Counted from the whole stretch's first letter, positions 19,818-29,750 are shown. The stretch: 63,168 nt of DNA, filler included, from 5 parts of 5 records of this genome joined end to end with filler, not necessarily neighbours in it; one strand, 5' to 3'. Program-made: numbers and translations. The notes: generated by a model from the letters alone, not told the origin.

Positions 19818-21203
19818 CTAGAATCGCGTAGAGGGGTCAAACATGCCTTCCGGCATGGGAACGCCGCGACGTTCCATCTCATCGAGGAATTTCGGACGTA
19901 GACCGGTCGCGGCGAAGTGCCCCTCGACCTTGCCCTCATCGGTTGTGCCAGTGCGTTCAAAGCGAAAGATTTCCTGCAATTGAACGACTGAGCCTTCCAT
20001 GCCCGTCACTTCGGAGATTGATACGACTTTTCGCGAGCCATCTGACAGGCGCGTGGCCTGGACGATAAAATTGACGGCCGAAGCAATCTGTCCACGGATC
20101 GCCGTCTCGGATATTTTCATACCACCCATCATCACCATCTGCTCCAGACGGGTCAGTGCATCGCGCGGATTGTTAGCGTGGATCGTCGCCATAGAGCCTT
20201 CGTGGCCCGTATTCATGGCTTGCAGCATGTCGAACGCTTCTTCTGAGCGAACCTCGCCCAGGATCACGCGGTCAGGCCGCATGCGCAGCGCGTTCTTCAC
20301 CAGTTCGCGCTGACGGATTTCGCCCTTGCCTTCAATATTGGGCGGGCGGGTTTCCATGCGCGCAACATGAGGCTGTTGCAGCTGGAGTTCGGCAGCGTCC
20401 TCAATCGTGATGAGGCGTTCATCTTCATTGATAGCGGCTGATAGCGCGTTGAGCAGGGTTGTCTTCCCCGACCCGGTGCCCCCGGAGATAACGGTAGAGG
20501 CCCGGCATTTCACCGCCCCGAGGATGAACTTTGCAACAGGCTCAGGAATTGCGCCAAAGCCAACCAACTTCTCCATTGTCAGTGGCGATTTGGAGAATTT
20601 CCGGATGGAGACAAGCGGCCCATCAATGGCAATTGGCAAGACAGCGGCATTGACACGGCTGCCATCCAGAAGGCGTGCATCAACCAAGGGCTGGCTCTCA
20701 TCGACACGTCGGCCCACAGCCGCCACAATCCGCTGCACAATGCGAAGCAAATGGTCATTGTCCGCAAACCGGACCGGTGCCAGTTGGAGCTTGCCGTGCC
20801 GCTCGACATAGACCTGGTCAAAACCATTGATCAGGATGTCGGCAATCGAGTCGTCCTTCAGTAGCGGCTCGATGGGCCCAAGCCCCGTCATCTCGTCCAT
20901 CACAGCATCGGCAAAGCTTGCCTCTTCTGTGGCCGAAAGCGCCATCTCTTCCTTCTTGATGATCTCCGAAACGATCCCCCGCACACGGCGCCGCATGGTT
21001 TCATCATCCAGCTTGTCGAGAACGGACAAATCCAGTTCGTCGATCAGCTTGGCATGGATACGCAATTTGGCATCGAGCTGGTCAAAAGCCTTGGTGTCGG
21101 CAGGAGCGGGCGGCGCGGGCTTCGGCGCAGTTGGCTCAGCCACTTCAGGCGCGTTGACCGGTTCAGGCTTGGCGGCGGCGTTCGAAAATCCAAAACGGCT
21201 CAT
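19818..21203 (-). CDS. cpaF: Tad pilus assembly ATPase CpaF/TadA
   Basis: GLGPIEPLL, GRRVDESQP, SGGTGSGKTT, IEDAAELQL, LRMRPDR, AMNTGHEG. Confidence 0.96.
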   Translation of the reverse strand: MSRFGFSNAAAKPEPVNAPEVAEPTAPKPAPPAPADTKAFDQLDAKLRIHAKLIDELDLSVLDKLDDETMRRRVRGIVSEIIKKEEMALSATEEASFADAVMDEMTGLGPIEPLLKDDSIADILINGFDQVYVERHGKLQLAPVRFADNDHLLRIVQRIVAAVGRRVDESQPLVDARLLDGSRVNAAVLPIAIDGPLVSIRKFSKSPLTMEKLVGFGAIPEPVAKFILGAVKCRASTVISGGTGSGKTTLLNALSAAINEDERLITIEDAAELQLQQPHVARMETRPPNIEGKGEIRQRELVKNALRMRPDRVILGEVRSEEAFDMLQAMNTGHEGSMATIHANNPRDALTRLEQMVMMGGMKISETAIRGQIASAVNFIVQATRLSDGSRKVVSISEVTGMEGSVVQLQEIFRFERTGTTDEGKVEGHFAATGLRPKFLDEMERRGVPMPEGMFDPSTRF

Positions 21204-22420
21204 TTCGCTTTCCTCTTACCGGCAACTTGTTGAACGGGCTGCCTCGCGGCGTCGGGCATCATCTTGTCGACCAATGTCGAGACATCTGCGACGAGCGCGC
21301 TTTTCGGTTTCACGTCACCAATCGGCTTTCCGAGATTTACCGCCGTGCGGGCAGCATCCCAGTCCGACGTGATCGTTGCATCAATCTGACGGTCGATGGC
21401 CTTTTCGGCCTTGTCGACGGCAAACTCGGCACGGAACTTCTTTTTCGGGAACATACGGTTCAGTACGAGCTTGGCCTTGCGATCGGGCCCACGCAGCATA
21501 TCAACTTCGCGCGCCATATCCGCAGCAGCGTGCAGGCTTGGCACGGTCAGCTCACTGATAATGATCGCCTCATCAACCGCGCCCAGTATGGGCTTGGTCC
21601 ACGGCATCATGTGACGAGGCATGTCCACCAGAACAAATGGGAATTCGGCGCAGGCAACGTCCAGCAATCTGAGGATCGCCGCTTCCGTGGCCAATGCATC
21701 TGCGTCCGGATTGCGCGGCGCCGAAATTGTCGAAACACCATCCTCGTGTTGCCAGCACCATGCGGCCAGCAAGCGCGCATCAAGGCGCTCCGGCGCAGCG
21801 GACAAGGCTGCAAGGTCGAGCTTTGGCACTGCTTCCAGAAACGAACTGACCATGCCGTCAGACACATTCAGATCAACAAGGCATACCTTGCCGGGTCCGA
21901 CTTTCTCGCAGATGGCAAACGCGCTCTCAATAGCCAGAGTTGAGACACCCGCGCCACCGACAGCGCCCCGGAACGCCCAGCATACGGCGGACGCTGGTCC
22001 GTCACCGCCACTCTCTGCGGCTTCTGCAGCGGCGCGGATGCGTTCCACGGACTCCAGGATTTCATCCGCACCGGCGCTGACCGGAAGGATGTCCGACGCC
22101 TCAATTTTCATTAAGGCTCTAACGATGTGAACTGGCAGATTGTCTGACACCATCAAGACGGCACTGTCCGGTTTTTCGACCGCCAGCCCCAGCACAACCT
22201 GTTCCGCGCCTGTTTGTCCTTGTTCCAACAGGATCAGTGCACCACCGAACTTTTCGACAATGTTCGCGGGGTCCAGTGAAGAAAGGTCAATAACATTCCG
22301 GCAGATCGACTTGAGCTGCATCAGCCGTTCAGGCCCCGCCAATGCGGCGATCGCAGGGATCATCGCCGGGGCGGATGCCGGGGGGGCTCCATCAGACAGT
22401 TTTCGCGCTACGCCTGACAT
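21200..22420 (-). CDS. cpaE: Tad localisation factor CpaE/TadZ (receiver-like plus degenerate MinD-like domain)
   Basis: Degenerate Walker A GAVGGAGVST, LVDL, VLVDMPR, LVLNR. Lies directly upstream of cpaF. Confidence 0.85.
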   Translation of the reverse strand: MSGVARKLSDGAPPASAPAMIPAIAALAGPERLMQLKSICRNVIDLSSLDPANIVEKFGGALILLEQGQTGAEQVVLGLAVEKPDSAVLMVSDNLPVHIVRALMKIEASDILPVSAGADEILESVERIRAAAEAAESGGDGPASAVCWAFRGAVGGAGVSTLAIESAFAICEKVGPGKVCLVDLNVSDGMVSSFLEAVPKLDLAALSAAPERLDARLLAAWCWQHEDGVSTISAPRNPDADALATEAAILRLLDVACAEFPFVLVDMPRHMMPWTKPILGAVDEAIIISELTVPSLHAAADMAREVDMLRGPDRKAKLVLNRMFPKKKFRAEFAVDKAEKAIDRQIDATITSDWDAARTAVNLGKPIGDVKPKSALVADVSTLVDKMMPDAARQPVQQVAGKRKAK

Positions 22421-22689
22421 CAGCTGCCTCCCGACGCGCTGACCGAGGAATCCCGCAAGTCTTTGGTTTTGCCTTCATTGAGGGCCTTCACGGCATTGGC
22501 TGCACGCAGGCCAGACGTGGACTCGACGGCCTTGGAGTTGCTCAGATTGACGTCACGAACCGATTGCTCACGTATGTTGCTGGCATTGGCTTCACCCAGC
22601 AGAAATTTGTCCTGATTGTCATAGCTTGCACATCCGACGAGGAACACGCTCACCATCATGGCACTCATAATACGGCGCTTGAAAGTCAT
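22420..22689 (-). CDS. Small lipoprotein in the tad block (possible pilotin / minimal CpaD equivalent)
   Basis: Lipobox LVGC after a basic/hydrophobic leader. Tightly packed between cpaC and cpaE. Confidence 0.7.
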   Translation of the reverse strand: MTFKRRIMSAMMVSVFLVGCASYDNQDKFLLGEANASNIREQSVRDVNLSNSKAVESTSGLRAANAVKALNEGKTKDLRDSSVSASGGS

Positions 22690-22691
22690 GT

Positions 22692-23990
22692 TCAGTCTCC
22701 TTCGCCGACCAGCGGCGCATGAGTGGTTTGGTTCATGAGGAAGAATTCTTCTTCCGTCGGTTCAGCAAATGCGTCGAGCGGAGTCCGAAGCATGGAAGGG
22801 TGTGGAGTAGGTTGAACCAGACGCGGAATGATGATGATCACCAATTCGCTTTCCTGACGCTGGTAGCGTTTAGAAGAGAACAAGGCGCCCAATACCGGCA
22901 CATTTCCAAGCCACGGTGTCTGCCGAACATCATTGGAATAATCATTCTGCAACAGGCCCGCGATGGCAAAGGCCTGTCCGTCATGTAGCTCTACCGTTGT
23001 ATCGGCGCGACGGACGGAAATACCGGGGATCTCGATGTCCTGCGCTCGGATACCATTGTTCCGGTCAAGCTGGGACACTTCCGGACGCACCCGCAAGTTC
23101 ACAAGCCCACCACCCAATACGGTCGGAGTGAAATCGAGGCTCACCCCAAACTTCTTGAACTCGACCGATACTTGGCCATTCTCGCTCGAGACCGGAATGG
23201 GGAACTCGCCCCCGGCCAGGAAGCTCGCCGTGTCGCCTGACAGGGCCACCAGATTGGGCTCAGCCAGCGTACGCACGATTCCCTTCTCTTCAAGGGCGCG
23301 CAGTTCGACATCAATATTCTCTCCACCGACATTGGTGAACAGGGCAACCGTCTTGGCGGCCAGTCCGGACACGGTCGATGGCTCCGTGAACGCAACCGCG
23401 TCGCGCCCATCCATGGAGTTTCCAAATCCGATTTCCTTCACCGCACTACGGCTGGCTTCGAGAAAACGCACCTCCAGCAGGACTTGCTGACTCTGGCCAA
23501 CAGACAATCCATTGGCCACACCACCCGGAACATAGCGCTCGGCCACTTGCACCGCCATCTCCGCGGCTGCCGCCGTGGTCAGCTTGCCATCCAGGAACAC
23601 GCCATCATGTACGGGGTATACTTCAATACGCTCGCCTGGCAGCAGATTTCCCAAATCGGCGCGAAGTTCATCAAGGCTCAGCTCAACTTCGACATCAATC
23701 AATTCAGAGATCTCGCCCTCTGCATTGTAAATGAGCACGGTGGTTGAGCCGGGCACTTTGCCACGCAGGAAGAAGGACCGGTTGGAGGTTGCCATCGCTT
23801 CGGCGATATCAGGGTCGGCGACGACGAGCGTCGAAAATCCCTGATCGGACTCGATGACGGTCGAGCGTCCCTTTTCGAGCACGAGCACCTTGGCATCAGG
23901 GCCGGTCGTGCGCTCGGTCCAGGCATGCGCCGGCGCAATTGCGACGATGCCAACAACCAGGAAAAGCAGGATATAAGTCAGTTTAGGCAT
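22692..23990 (-). CDS. cpaC: Tad secretin CpaC/RcpA
   Basis: VADPDIA, QVLLEVRFLE, LAEPNL..SGDTASFLAGGEFPIP, FGVSL.FTP, P.LGNVPVLGALF, ELVI. Confidence 0.94.
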   Translation of the reverse strand: MPKLTYILLFLVVGIVAIAPAHAWTERTTGPDAKVLVLEKGRSTVIESDQGFSTLVVADPDIAEAMATSNRSFFLRGKVPGSTTVLIYNAEGEISELIDVEVELSLDELRADLGNLLPGERIEVYPVHDGVFLDGKLTTAAAAEMAVQVAERYVPGGVANGLSVGQSQQVLLEVRFLEASRSAVKEIGFGNSMDGRDAVAFTEPSTVSGLAAKTVALFTNVGGENIDVELRALEEKGIVRTLAEPNLVALSGDTASFLAGGEFPIPVSSENGQVSVEFKKFGVSLDFTPTVLGGGLVNLRVRPEVSQLDRNNGIRAQDIEIPGISVRRADTTVELHDGQAFAIAGLLQNDYSNDVRQTPWLGNVPVLGALFSSKRYQRQESELVIIIIPRLVQPTPHPSMLRTPLDAFAEPTEEEFFLMNQTTHAPLVGEGD

Positions 23991-24874
23991 CAGTTCGCCT
24001 CCTCGGTCAGCGGCTTCGGCTGCGCGACAGGCGCGGTCACACTTGTTTCACGATCCCCATTTATGATGCGCACGGTCGCAGTCGTTGCGCGCTTGGGCGC
24101 AGCACGACGAACAATAGGGACCTTTTTAGGCTCCGCCTTTACCAGCGTGATGACATCAGCGTCTTCTTCGCGTCCGATCAATGCCAGTCCCAGCGCGCCT
24201 TGCATGCTGACCGCACCCAAGCGGAGTGCACCTTCTGGCGTCACTTCCAGCGTTACCGTGCTGGAGGGACGTGCGCCCTCAAGATTCGATTCAAATGTCT
24301 GATCGACCGCCAGCACTTTCACTCGCTTGAGCACAGGCCGCGCTATCAGGTCTGATGTGACCCGTAGGGCATCGCTGCCAAACGAGTTTGCAGACTGGCC
24401 AGGTTCGCGCTGGATGAACTCGTTCACATCGACCCGGTCACCGGGCAGGACGAATCCAGCAACTCCAGTATCACTCCGTACCGTGATGGCCACGGCACGC
24501 ATGCCGGGCTCGATAGCAGATGCCAGGGTAAGCAGGTTTCCGGCCGCGTCGAGCTTTTCCAGCATGATTGGTTCGCCAGGCAGGATCAGGCCACGTGCAT
24601 AAAGGATTTCCGACAGTTCCTCCGTCGAGGCCAGAACGCCCTCAGGAACAGAGTCACTTGGCCATTTGATGGCTTTCACATTGCTGGCCGAGACCTCCTC
24701 ACCTGCTTCGATCGCCGCAGATGCAACGAGAACAGACGACATCTGGACCGCAGGTGCGGCAATCTGGGCTGTCGCGTCATTGGAATTTGACGTCATGTAA
24801 TAGCGGCCAAGAAACACAGCTGCGATTCCCAGTACCGCAGAAAGACCAAGACTGATCAGGGGTGCGAGTTTCAT
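23990..24874 (-). CDS. cpaB: Flp pilus assembly protein CpaB/RcpC
   Basis: SAF domain, PGMRAVAI, GVAGFVLPGDRVDV, VLAVDQ, VTLEVTP. ATG 24874 follows GGAGAGG. Confidence 0.93.
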   Translation of the reverse strand: MKLAPLISLGLSAVLGIAAVFLGRYYMTSNSNDATAQIAAPAVQMSSVLVASAAIEAGEEVSASNVKAIKWPSDSVPEGVLASTEELSEILYARGLILPGEPIMLEKLDAAGNLLTLASAIEPGMRAVAITVRSDTGVAGFVLPGDRVDVNEFIQREPGQSANSFGSDALRVTSDLIARPVLKRVKVLAVDQTFESNLEGARPSSTVTLEVTPEGALRLGAVSMQGALGLALIGREEDADVITLVKAEPKKVPIVRRAAPKRATTATVRIINGDRETSVTAPVAQPKPLTEEAN

Positions 24875-24990
24875 TCTGAATGCCCTCTCCCGCGCAAAAT
24901 ACGCAATCATCAGCATTCATGATTAATCTTCAGGCGATAAGGTCTCTTGAAGACTTGTAGGGAAATCTAAATCACGAACAGAACCGCGCA

Positions 24991-24998
24991 TTAACCAT
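24991..24998. promoter_or_regulatory. Possible CtrA half-site upstream of the tad block
   Basis: TTAACCAT in the cpaB upstream region, with several other TTAA words nearby. No full TTAA-N7-TTAA site. Confidence 0.3.
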
Positions 24999-25062
24999 GC
25001 CGCAACTGTTTCGCGGTCAGTTCTTAAAATTCAGCACACGCATGTTAATCTGCTAGGCCGAT

Positions 25063-26052
25063 TTAGCCTCTCAAGACAGTGGAGAACATGTCTGCGTCGA
25101 CGTTCCCGCCCGTGATAAGCACGCCGACCCGCTGTCCGTGCATCTCGGATGGCAAGCCCTGCACTGCGGCCGCCAGCGCGGCTGCCCCGCCCGGTTCGGC
25201 AACGACCTTCAAGTATCGGAAGGCCAAGCGCATCGCCTCACGCACCTCGTCATCCGACACGACCAGCCCACCACTCAACAAGCGCTTGCCGAGGGCAAAG
25301 GTGATCTGGCCGGGCATGGGCGTCAGAATGGCATCGCAGATCGACCGCGTTCCGGGCAGATTGCTGCGCAGTTCGCCCGCTGCTAGCGACTGCGCCCAAT
25401 CATCATGTCCTTCTGGCTCAGCCGTCCAAATACTTGTTTGCGGCGACAGTTCGGCCATCGCGATCGCCACGCCCGTGATGAGTCCACCGCCGCCAGCACA
25501 ACAGATCAGATGATCCAATGGCGCACCGAATACTTCCATCTGGTGCGCAAATTCGAGCCCCGCGGTGCCTTGCCCGGCCACGATGTCTTTGTCGTCAAAA
25601 CTCGGCACGACGACCGCGCCGCGGTCTTCGGCGATCCGGGTCGCGATCTCCTCACGACTTTCGGTCTCCCGGTCATAGAAGTGAACCACGCCGCCATCTG
25701 CCTCGACGCCTGCCACCTTTATCCGGGGCGCATCAGATGGCATGACAATTATCGCGGGCATACCCAGCAAACGCGCGGCCCGCGCAACGCCCTGCGCATG
25801 ATTGCCAGAGGAAAAAGCGACCACACCCGCTGCGCGTTGCGCCGCCGGGATTTGTGACAGGCGATTCATCGCGCCGCGTATCTTGAAGCTGCCGGTCACC
25901 TGTAGGCATTCAGCCTTGATGAACAGTGATCCGCCAGCCAGGGCGTCCAGCGCTTCATGTGTAAGAATCGGCGTCTCACGCGCAACACCGCGCACACGTT
26001 CAGCGGCGGCAAGCACATCTTCGAAATCCGGTAGCGCGTCAGCAGCAGTCAT
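25063..26052 (-). CDS. PLP-dependent threonine/serine dehydratase (short form, serine-racemase-like)
   Basis: KAECLQVTGSFKIRGA, SSGNHAQG, GQGT, GGGGL, EPGGA, TGGNVD. No C-terminal regulatory domain. Confidence 0.92.
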   Translation of the reverse strand: MTAADALPDFEDVLAAAERVRGVARETPILTHEALDALAGGSLFIKAECLQVTGSFKIRGAMNRLSQIPAAQRAAGVVAFSSGNHAQGVARAARLLGMPAIIVMPSDAPRIKVAGVEADGGVVHFYDRETESREEIATRIAEDRGAVVVPSFDDKDIVAGQGTAGLEFAHQMEVFGAPLDHLICCAGGGGLITGVAIAMAELSPQTSIWTAEPEGHDDWAQSLAAGELRSNLPGTRSICDAILTPMPGQITFALGKRLLSGGLVVSDDEVREAMRLAFRYLKVVAEPGGAAALAAAVQGLPSEMHGQRVGVLITGGNVDADMFSTVLRG

Positions 26053-26101
26053 GCCGGTGGCCTAAACCGAACCGGCATGCCCTGCAATGCAATAGGATCG
26101 A

Positions 26102-26980
26102 CTAGAGTTTGTCGAGCATTGCCTTGGCAAGTGCCTTGGCGTCTTCGCCTATCTCTTCATTGGCAAGCGCATAACCCAGAACAGCTTCGAAATAGCCAAG
26201 CTTCGAGCCACAATCATAATCCTGCCCTTCATACTCGTAGGCATAGAAGGACTGGACTTCCATCAGGCGCGCCATGGCGTCCGTCAGCTGGATCTCGCCG
26301 CCGGCGCCCTTGCCCTGGCTTTCGAGCAGGCCAAACACTTCGGGCTGGAGAATATAACGACCCGTGATCTTGAGGTTCGATGGCGCGTCGGCGACGGGGG
26401 GTTTCTCCACCATGCCCGTCATCTCGATCAGGCGTCCGTCGCGATCATTCCCTTTCGGAGCAATGACGCCATAAGATGACACGCGATCCATCGGCACCTG
26501 GTCTACGGCAACGATATTCCCGCCGACCTTGTCATAGGCTTCCACCATCTGCGCGAGACAGGAGGGGCTGCCCTTGACCAGAACATCCGGCAGCAACACG
26601 GCGAACGGCTCGTGGCCGACGATATCTCGCGCACACCAGACGGCATGGCCAAGTCCCAGAGGCGATTGCTGGCGCACAAAGCTGGCGGAACCCGCTGGCA
26701 AAGTGGTCTGCTTGACCTGTTCCAGAATGGCCTTCTTGCCCTTGGCTTCGAGCGCGACTTCAAGCTCGTAAGGGATGTCAAAATAGTCTTCGATCGAACC
26801 CTTGTTGCGCCCGGTCACGAAAACGATGTGCTCAATTCCGGCTTCCAGCGCTTCATCAACGACATATTGAATGGCCGGCCGGTCGACGACGGGCAGCATT
26901 TCTTTCGGGATAGCCTTCGTCGCGGGCAGGACTCGCGTGCCAAATCCGGCCACAGGAAGAACAGCTTTTCTAACGCGCAT
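26102..26980 (-). CDS. galU: UTP--glucose-1-phosphate uridylyltransferase
   Basis: KAVLPVAGFGTRVLPATKAIPKEMLP, RQQSPLGLGHAV, VEKP, GGEIQLTDA, DCGSK. Confidence 0.97.
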   Translation of the reverse strand: MRVRKAVLPVAGFGTRVLPATKAIPKEMLPVVDRPAIQYVVDEALEAGIEHIVFVTGRNKGSIEDYFDIPYELEVALEAKGKKAILEQVKQTTLPAGSASFVRQQSPLGLGHAVWCARDIVGHEPFAVLLPDVLVKGSPSCLAQMVEAYDKVGGNIVAVDQVPMDRVSSYGVIAPKGNDRDGRLIEMTGMVEKPPVADAPSNLKITGRYILQPEVFGLLESQGKGAGGEIQLTDAMARLMEVQSFYAYEYEGQDYDCGSKLGYFEAVLGYALANEEIGEDAKALAKAMLDKL

Positions 26981-27095
26981 GAACAGGAAGCTCCTTGGAA
27001 TTCAACATCGGGACCGCGAAAGGCCACCTATGCGGGTTTCTAAGCAGACTTGGACTTAAATCGCGTTAACTCAGAGCAATAAAATGGCCGTAAGT

Positions 27096-27377
27096 CTAAA
27101 TCCAGCCAAGGCTGTACAAGCTTAACGCACCAACGCTGCACGCGAGTGACAAAACGAGCACTGTGGCCATGGACCGTTTGGCGGAGGGTGCACGTGTCCC
27201 ACGCATTTCGGCTTCGAGCAGGCTTTGCAAACGACGCGCAGGAGATAGCGTAGGCGGATAACGCGGCTCAGATAGGCTGGCGTCCTGCATATTCGCTGCC
27301 GCCAGGTCTGTGGATTTCGCGGCTTCCTGGGCGGTAGATTCGTCTTGAATCGCTGGCTTGCTTTTCGGAAGGGCCAT
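27096..27377 (-). CDS. Hypothetical protein with a C-terminal transmembrane helix
   Basis: 93-aa ORF with an ATG behind GGAGA and a hydrophobic tail. Same strand as its neighbours. Confidence 0.5.
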   Translation of the reverse strand: MALPKSKPAIQDESTAQEAAKSTDLAAANMQDASLSEPRYPPTLSPARRLQSLLEAEMRGTRAPSAKRSMATVLVLSLACSVGALSLYSLGWI

Positions 27378-27454
27378 CTGAATTCTCCGGTATCTTCCAG
27401 AGAGTGTGCCAGATGAGAGCTAACCGATAGCTAACAAAATCGGATGTACTGAAG

Positions 27455-27691
27455 TCAGTCCGGAACCGGTCCGAAGAAAACGCCACCGTCTGGCGCTTCA
27501 TAGCCATTTGAGCAGCGCGACGTGCCATCAGAACCGCGGTCATCCAGCACGACGAAAGTCTTTAGACGGGATTCTCCGAATTCGCGCGCTTGCGATATCG
27601 ACTCGCCGCCATCGCTGCGCACTGTCGTCGCCGGTGCGAGGCTTCCCGAAATCATCACGGCGACACCGGTGGACAAAATTTCTTTGAGCAT
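27455..27691 (-). CDS. Small hypothetical protein, possibly exported
   Basis: 78-aa ORF with a weakly hydrophobic N-terminus, filling the gap between the SDR and the next ORF. Confidence 0.35.
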   Translation of the reverse strand: MLKEILSTGVAVMISGSLAPATTVRSDGGESISQAREFGESRLKTFVVLDDRGSDGTSRCSNGYEAPDGGVFFGPVPD

Positions 27692-27779
27692 GTTTCGGCC
27701 TTTTGGGGGTTACCCGAAATTTACCAACGATAAGGGAGGGAGCGCCGCCTATATTCGTCTGACCGGAAAACTTCAAGAG

Positions 27780-28547
27780 TTAAAGCGGGGTCAACGTATG
27801 ACCGCCATCCACAACCAGTGTGGCGCCCGTCATGTAGCCGCCCTGCTCCGACGCCAACAGCAGAAGCGGACCAGACAATTCGTCATAGTTTCCGAACCGA
27901 CGCATCGGGACGCGCTTTGCCATTCTCTGACCCGCTTCCGATTCGAGGAACTCATCATTTATTGCTGTCTTGAAGTATCCAGGCGCAATCGCGTTAACGC
28001 GGATCCCATGCCGAGATGCCTCAAGTGCCATCGTGCGAGTCAGATGATCCACCGCAGCTTTCGACGCTGAATAGGCAGAGATCATGTTTGACGGCCTGAG
28101 CGCCGTAATTGACGCAATATTTATGATCGCGCCGCCACAGCCCGCATCGATCATGGCCTTGGTAGCGTATTTGGCAACTCGCCAGACACCGGTGAGATTG
28201 GTCTCGATGACAGTGTCCCAATCCTTTTCGGGCATGTCCCAGAACCACCCCTCACGCGACATACCGGAATTGTTGACGAGAACATCGCACGGACGACCAA
28301 GCGCTTCGCGAATCTCTGCAAACGCTCCCGTCACGCTGTCGTCGGAAGTGACGTCCATCTGTACAGGCAGCGCCTTTCCACCGCGCTTCTCAATGCTTTC
28401 TGCAACTTCTTCCAATCGGTCCAGGCGGCGCGCCGCGAGCACGACATAGGCCCCGGCATCGGCCATAACATGGGCGAAATGCTGGCCCAAACCGCTTGAT
28501 GCTCCTGTGACCAATGCCGTCTTATTAGTTAAACTGAACAATCTCAT
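27780..28547 (-). CDS. Short-chain dehydrogenase/reductase
   Basis: TGASSGLG, VNNSG, YSASK, RVNAIAPG, TG..LVVDGG. ATG 28547 follows GGAGGG. Confidence 0.93.
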   Translation of the reverse strand: MRLFSLTNKTALVTGASSGLGQHFAHVMADAGAYVVLAARRLDRLEEVAESIEKRGGKALPVQMDVTSDDSVTGAFAEIREALGRPCDVLVNNSGMSREGWFWDMPEKDWDTVIETNLTGVWRVAKYATKAMIDAGCGGAIINIASITALRPSNMISAYSASKAAVDHLTRTMALEASRHGIRVNAIAPGYFKTAINDEFLESEAGQRMAKRVPMRRFGNYDELSGPLLLLASEQGGYMTGATLVVDGGHTLTPL

Positions 28548-28606
28548 GCCCTCCAATTAGAAAATTCGTGTTGCGCGCCGCAATATTTTTCCTCTATCCC
28601 AGCGAT

Positions 28607-29441
28607 ATGAAAATATCTGTTCTGAGGGAGCGACGAGCTGGTGAGACCCGTGTGGCGGCTACACCAGAAACCGTCAAGAAGTTGGTGGCCTCCGGCCACT
28701 CGGTAACAATTGAGTCCGGAGCGGGCACTGTCGCAGGCTTTCCTGACGACAGCTTTTCTGAGGCGGGGGCCACCCTTGCACCAGACGCGGCCGCGGCAAC
28801 CAAGGGGGCCGACATTGTCTTCAAGGTGCGCGCACCGGAAGACGGCGAATTTAGCGCCCTGCCCGACGGCGTCGCGCTCATCGCCTTGATGGACCCCAGC
28901 AACCTGGATGCGACGCCGCTCAATGGGAAAAAGATCGCGGCTCTTTCCATGGAATTCACCCCCCGCATCACGCGCGCACAAAGCATGGACGCCCTGTCGT
29001 CCCAATCAAACCTTTCCGGCTATCGCTCAGTCATTGAAGGTGCGCAGATCTACGGCCGCGCCATGCCGATGATGATGACCGCTGCCGGCACGATCGCCCC
29101 GGCCAAGGTCTTTATCATGGGAGTAGGCGTCGCTGGCCTTCAGGCCATTGCCACGGCGCGCCGCCTCGGCGCGGTCGTCACCGCAACCGATGTGCGTCCC
29201 GCTGCCAAGGAACAGGTCGCCTCGCTCGGCGCGAAATTCATCGCGGTCGAGGATGAAGAGTTCAAGGCGGCTGAGACCGCTGGCGGTTATGCCAAGCAGA
29301 TGTCGCCGGAATACCAGGCCAAGCAGGCCGAACTGACGGCCAGCCACATCACCAAGCAGGACATTGTGATCACGACCGCCCTGATTCCCGGCCGCGCCGC
29401 GCCGGTCCTCGTCACCGAGGAGATGGTGAAAACGATGAAGC
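28607..29441 (+). CDS. pntA: NAD(P) transhydrogenase alpha subunit (domain I), 3'-truncated
   Basis: GETRVAATPETV, PRITRAQSMDALSSQ, MMTAAGT, GVGVAGLQAI, GGYAK, TTALIPG. Confidence 0.96.
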
Positions 29442-29541
29442 NNNNNNNNNNNNNNNNNNNNNNNNNNNNNNNNNNNNNNNNNNNNTTAATTAATTAANNN
29501 NNNNNNNNNNNNNNNNNNNNNNNNNNNNNNNNNNNNNNNNN
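29442..29541. other. Artificial contig spacer
   Basis: 44 N + TTAATTAATTAA + 44 N. Confidence 0.98.
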
Positions 29542-29750
29542 GGGTCGGAATGCGAGCGTTCAGCGAGAATTTCGGGGAGGGTGACGCGCTGAATCCAATG
29601 CCGAGCCCTCCCCTCGCTTCGCTCGACGTTCTCAAAGGGAGGGGGATGATGAGCGTCTGGCAGCACAGCACTTAAAAATTGCTCGACCCTCCCAAGGGGA
29701 AGATTGATGTGAAACGCCTGGTAGCACAGCACTCAAAAACTGCACGACCT
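29542..29750. repeat. REP/MITE-like intergenic element with an imperfect ~60-bp tandem duplication
   Basis: Units 29621-29680 and 29681-29741 both begin GCTCGAC and end in AGCACAGCACT(T/C)AAAA. A third start, GCACGAC, follows. GGGGAGGG/CCCTCCCC inverted words lie upstream. Confidence 0.65.

Noticed and set aside
27056-27070. TTAA-ATCGCG-TTAAC upstream of galU as a CtrA box
   Set aside because: The spacing is N6, not the canonical N7, so at best it is a half-site.
29621-29750. Possible CRISPR array from the ~60-bp periodicity
   Set aside because: Only two diverged units, similar along their whole length, with no unique spacers and no cas genes.
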